28,609 nt of DNA from contig CAMTOW010000001.1 of NCBI GenBank assembly GCA_947074245.1, positions 1 through 28,609 on the forward strand. Direction: 5' to 3'. Shown in pieces: positions 27,081-28,609 of this stretch. Numbering within the stretch: position 1 is the first letter of the stretch; each line of letters opens with the position of its first letter. The DNA is from an uncultured Bacteroidales bacterium. Lineage in GTDB: Bacteria > Bacteroidota > Bacteroidia > Bacteroidales > JAUNSR01. A model generated the notes under the pieces. It searched no databases. It saw only the letters and a program-made list of their open reading frames with translations, and had not been told where the DNA came from. The translations under genes were made by a program, and so were the position numbers.

Positions 27081-27123
27081 AATAGCCTCGATTCAGTTTT
27101 TATCAGACTGAATCGAGGCTATT
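27081..27123. terminator. Probable bidirectional terminator between convergent A2M and sufS
   Basis: 17-bp perfect stem AATAGCCTCGATTCAGT / ACTGAATCGAGGCTATT with a 9-nt loop, A/T-rich flanks on both sides. Confidence 0.8.
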
Positions 27124-27192
27124 CTCGTTTTGGGATGGAGCATCGTATTAAACGATATATTATCGTACGATTGCTTGAAAACCCATCGTTAT

Positions 27193-28410
27193 TTATTCGA
27201 ACATCATTGCCACACGCTTAACGCCGGCAATCAGTTTATCGACTTCTTCTTTTGTATTGTACATTCCGAATGATGCACGTACCGTACCTTCTATACCTAA
27301 TGCCTGCATCAAGGGTTGAGCGCAATGATGACCGGTACGAACAGCGATCCCTTGCTTATCGAGTAGCATCCCCATATCGTAATGATGGATTTTGCCAACT
27401 AGGAATGAGATCACACCGCTTTTATCTTGGGCATTCCCGTATATCTTCATTCCCGGTATTTTATTTAATTCCTGAGTCGCGTATTCCAGAAGTTCATGCT
27501 CGTGTTTGGCGATGTTGTCCAGACCTATTTCTTCGACGTAATCCAAAGCGGCAGCTAATGCCGTCGAACCGATATAATCGGGTGTACCCGCCTCAAATTT
27601 GTAAGGAAGCTCATTGTATGTCGTTTTATCGAACGAAACATGAGAGATCATCTCTCCTCCTCCCTGGTAAGGTGGCATCGCATTCAACCAATTCTCTTTG
27701 CCATATAAAACTCCGATTCCGGTAGGTCCGTAAATTTTATGTCCGGAAAAGACATAAAAGTCAGCATCTAGATCTTGAACATCCACTTTTAAGTGGGGAA
27801 CTGCCTGCGCTCCGTCGATCAAAACAGGGACTTGATGCTCGTGAGCAATCTTAACAATCTCTTTGACCGGATTTACTGTACCGAGCACATTCGATACGTG
27901 TGTTATAGATACGAACTTCGTCTTGTCTGTGAATAAGCGTTTATAAGCATCCATATCGAGCTCCTGCTTATCATTCATCGGAACGACTTTAATAACAATT
28001 CCCTTGCGCTCGCGTAGCATTTGCCATGGAACGATATTGGCATGATGTTCCATTTCTGAAAGAATCACTTCGTCTCCTTCTTTTAGATATTTATCGCCAA
28101 AGGAGGAAACGACAAGGTTGATCGCTTCCGTAGTACCTCGAGTGAATATTATTTCTTCGGATTTGTTCGCATTCAGAAAGCGCTGTACTCTTTTGCGTGC
28201 ATTCTCATGAGCTTCTGTTGCTTCCTGGCTCAGAAAATGAACACCTCGATGTATGTTGGAATTCGTATTATAATATCCTTCTTCGATTTTATTGACCACA
28301 TGAACGGGCTTTTGAGTCGTAGCACCGTTATCCAGATAAACAAGATCTTTGTTGTAAACTTTTTTGGACAGAATTGGAAAGTCTGCTCTAATCTCTTCTA
28401 TAGATTTCAT
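27193..28410 (-). CDS. sufS: SufS-type (group II) cysteine desulfurase, 405 aa
   Basis: ATG at 28410 (MKSIEEIRADFPIL) is preferred to the track start at 28452. YLDNGATTQKP, SNIHRGVH, FTRGTTEAIN, EHHANIVPW, DGAQA, PLP-lysine SGHKIYGPTG, group II signature RTGHHCA. Confidence 0.96.
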   Translation of the reverse strand: MKSIEEIRADFPILSKKVYNKDLVYLDNGATTQKPVHVVNKIEEGYYNTNSNIHRGVHFLSQEATEAHENARKRVQRFLNANKSEEIIFTRGTTEAINLVVSSFGDKYLKEGDEVILSEMEHHANIVPWQMLRERKGIVIKVVPMNDKQELDMDAYKRLFTDKTKFVSITHVSNVLGTVNPVKEIVKIAHEHQVPVLIDGAQAVPHLKVDVQDLDADFYVFSGHKIYGPTGIGVLYGKENWLNAMPPYQGGGEMISHVSFDKTTYNELPYKFEAGTPDYIGSTALAAALDYVEEIGLDNIAKHEHELLEYATQELNKIPGMKIYGNAQDKSGVISFLVGKIHHYDMGMLLDKQGIAVRTGHHCAQPLMQALGIEGTVRASFGMYNTKEEVDKLIAGVKRVAMMFE

Positions 28411-28477
28411 ATCGTGAAATTTAAATTGAAACACGGAAATCGACACATACAAACTGAATTTGTCTGTGTTATGAATA

Positions 28478-28485
28478 CAAAAATA
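28478..28485 (-). promoter_or_regulatory. Putative -7 box of sufS
   Basis: Minus-strand TATTTTTG, 67 nt upstream of the ATG at 28410. Confidence 0.6.
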
Positions 28486-28556
28486 ACGATTTAACAGCGG
28501 TCGGTTGAATGATAGGTCTTCAAAAAAATATAAATCTCCGGATTAATAGACAGGAT

Positions 28557-28600
28557 AAAAAAGAAAACCCCTCCAACCGAATTAGATTCAGTTGGAGGGG
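28557..28600 (-). terminator. Intrinsic terminator of an upstream minus-strand gene lying outside the window
   Basis: Minus strand CCCCTCCAACTGAAT-CTA-ATTCGGTTGGAGGGG, followed by TTTTCTTTTTT. Confidence 0.8.
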
Positions 28601-28609
28601 ATATTCTGT

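Noticed and set aside
28411-28452. 14-aa N-terminal extension of SufS from the ORF track
   Set aside because: The family-typical N-terminus (MKSIEEIRADFPIL) begins at 28410.
1-28609. CRISPR array, IS element, integrase or prophage
   Set aside because: No regularly spaced 25-45 bp direct repeats with unique spacers, no transposase, recombinase or phage motifs, and no duplicated tRNA 3' end were seen.

Overview
Chromosomal segment from a Bacteroidales-type bacterium, inferred from SusC/SusD genes, TAnnTTTG promoter boxes, Gln-after-signal-peptide proteins and a DUF4369-type TlpA. From left to right: the 3' part of tRNA-Leu(TAG) with its terminator; a small 8-stranded outer-membrane beta-barrel; an uncharacterised helical-repeat protein; a YbdG-like MscS channel (minus strand); a complete SusR-regulated beta-1,3-glucan utilisation locus (SusR-like regulator, SusC, SusD, multi-domain surface glycan-binding lipoprotein, BACON-GH16, GH3); a convergent secreted GH36 alpha-galactosidase; a TlpA-like thiol-disulfide oxidoreductase; PBP1C and a thioester-intact bacterial alpha-2-macroglobulin arranged divergently; and SufS. 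I found no integrase, transposase, CRISPR array or phage gene, and nearly all genes belong to known families, so I cannot claim a clearly new system. The best leads are: (i) the divergent A2M/pbpC pair around a 20-bp perfect palindrome, with a TlpA gene downstream of pbpC; (ii) a surface glycan-binding protein with an exact 163-aa tandem duplication of a two-Cys module; (iii) non-coding control elements in the PUL (dyad upstream of susC; hairpin plus 3-codon uORF before GH16); and (iv) window-wide over-representation of GATC/CGATCG. All family calls come from motif recognition by eye, and all counts are hand counts.
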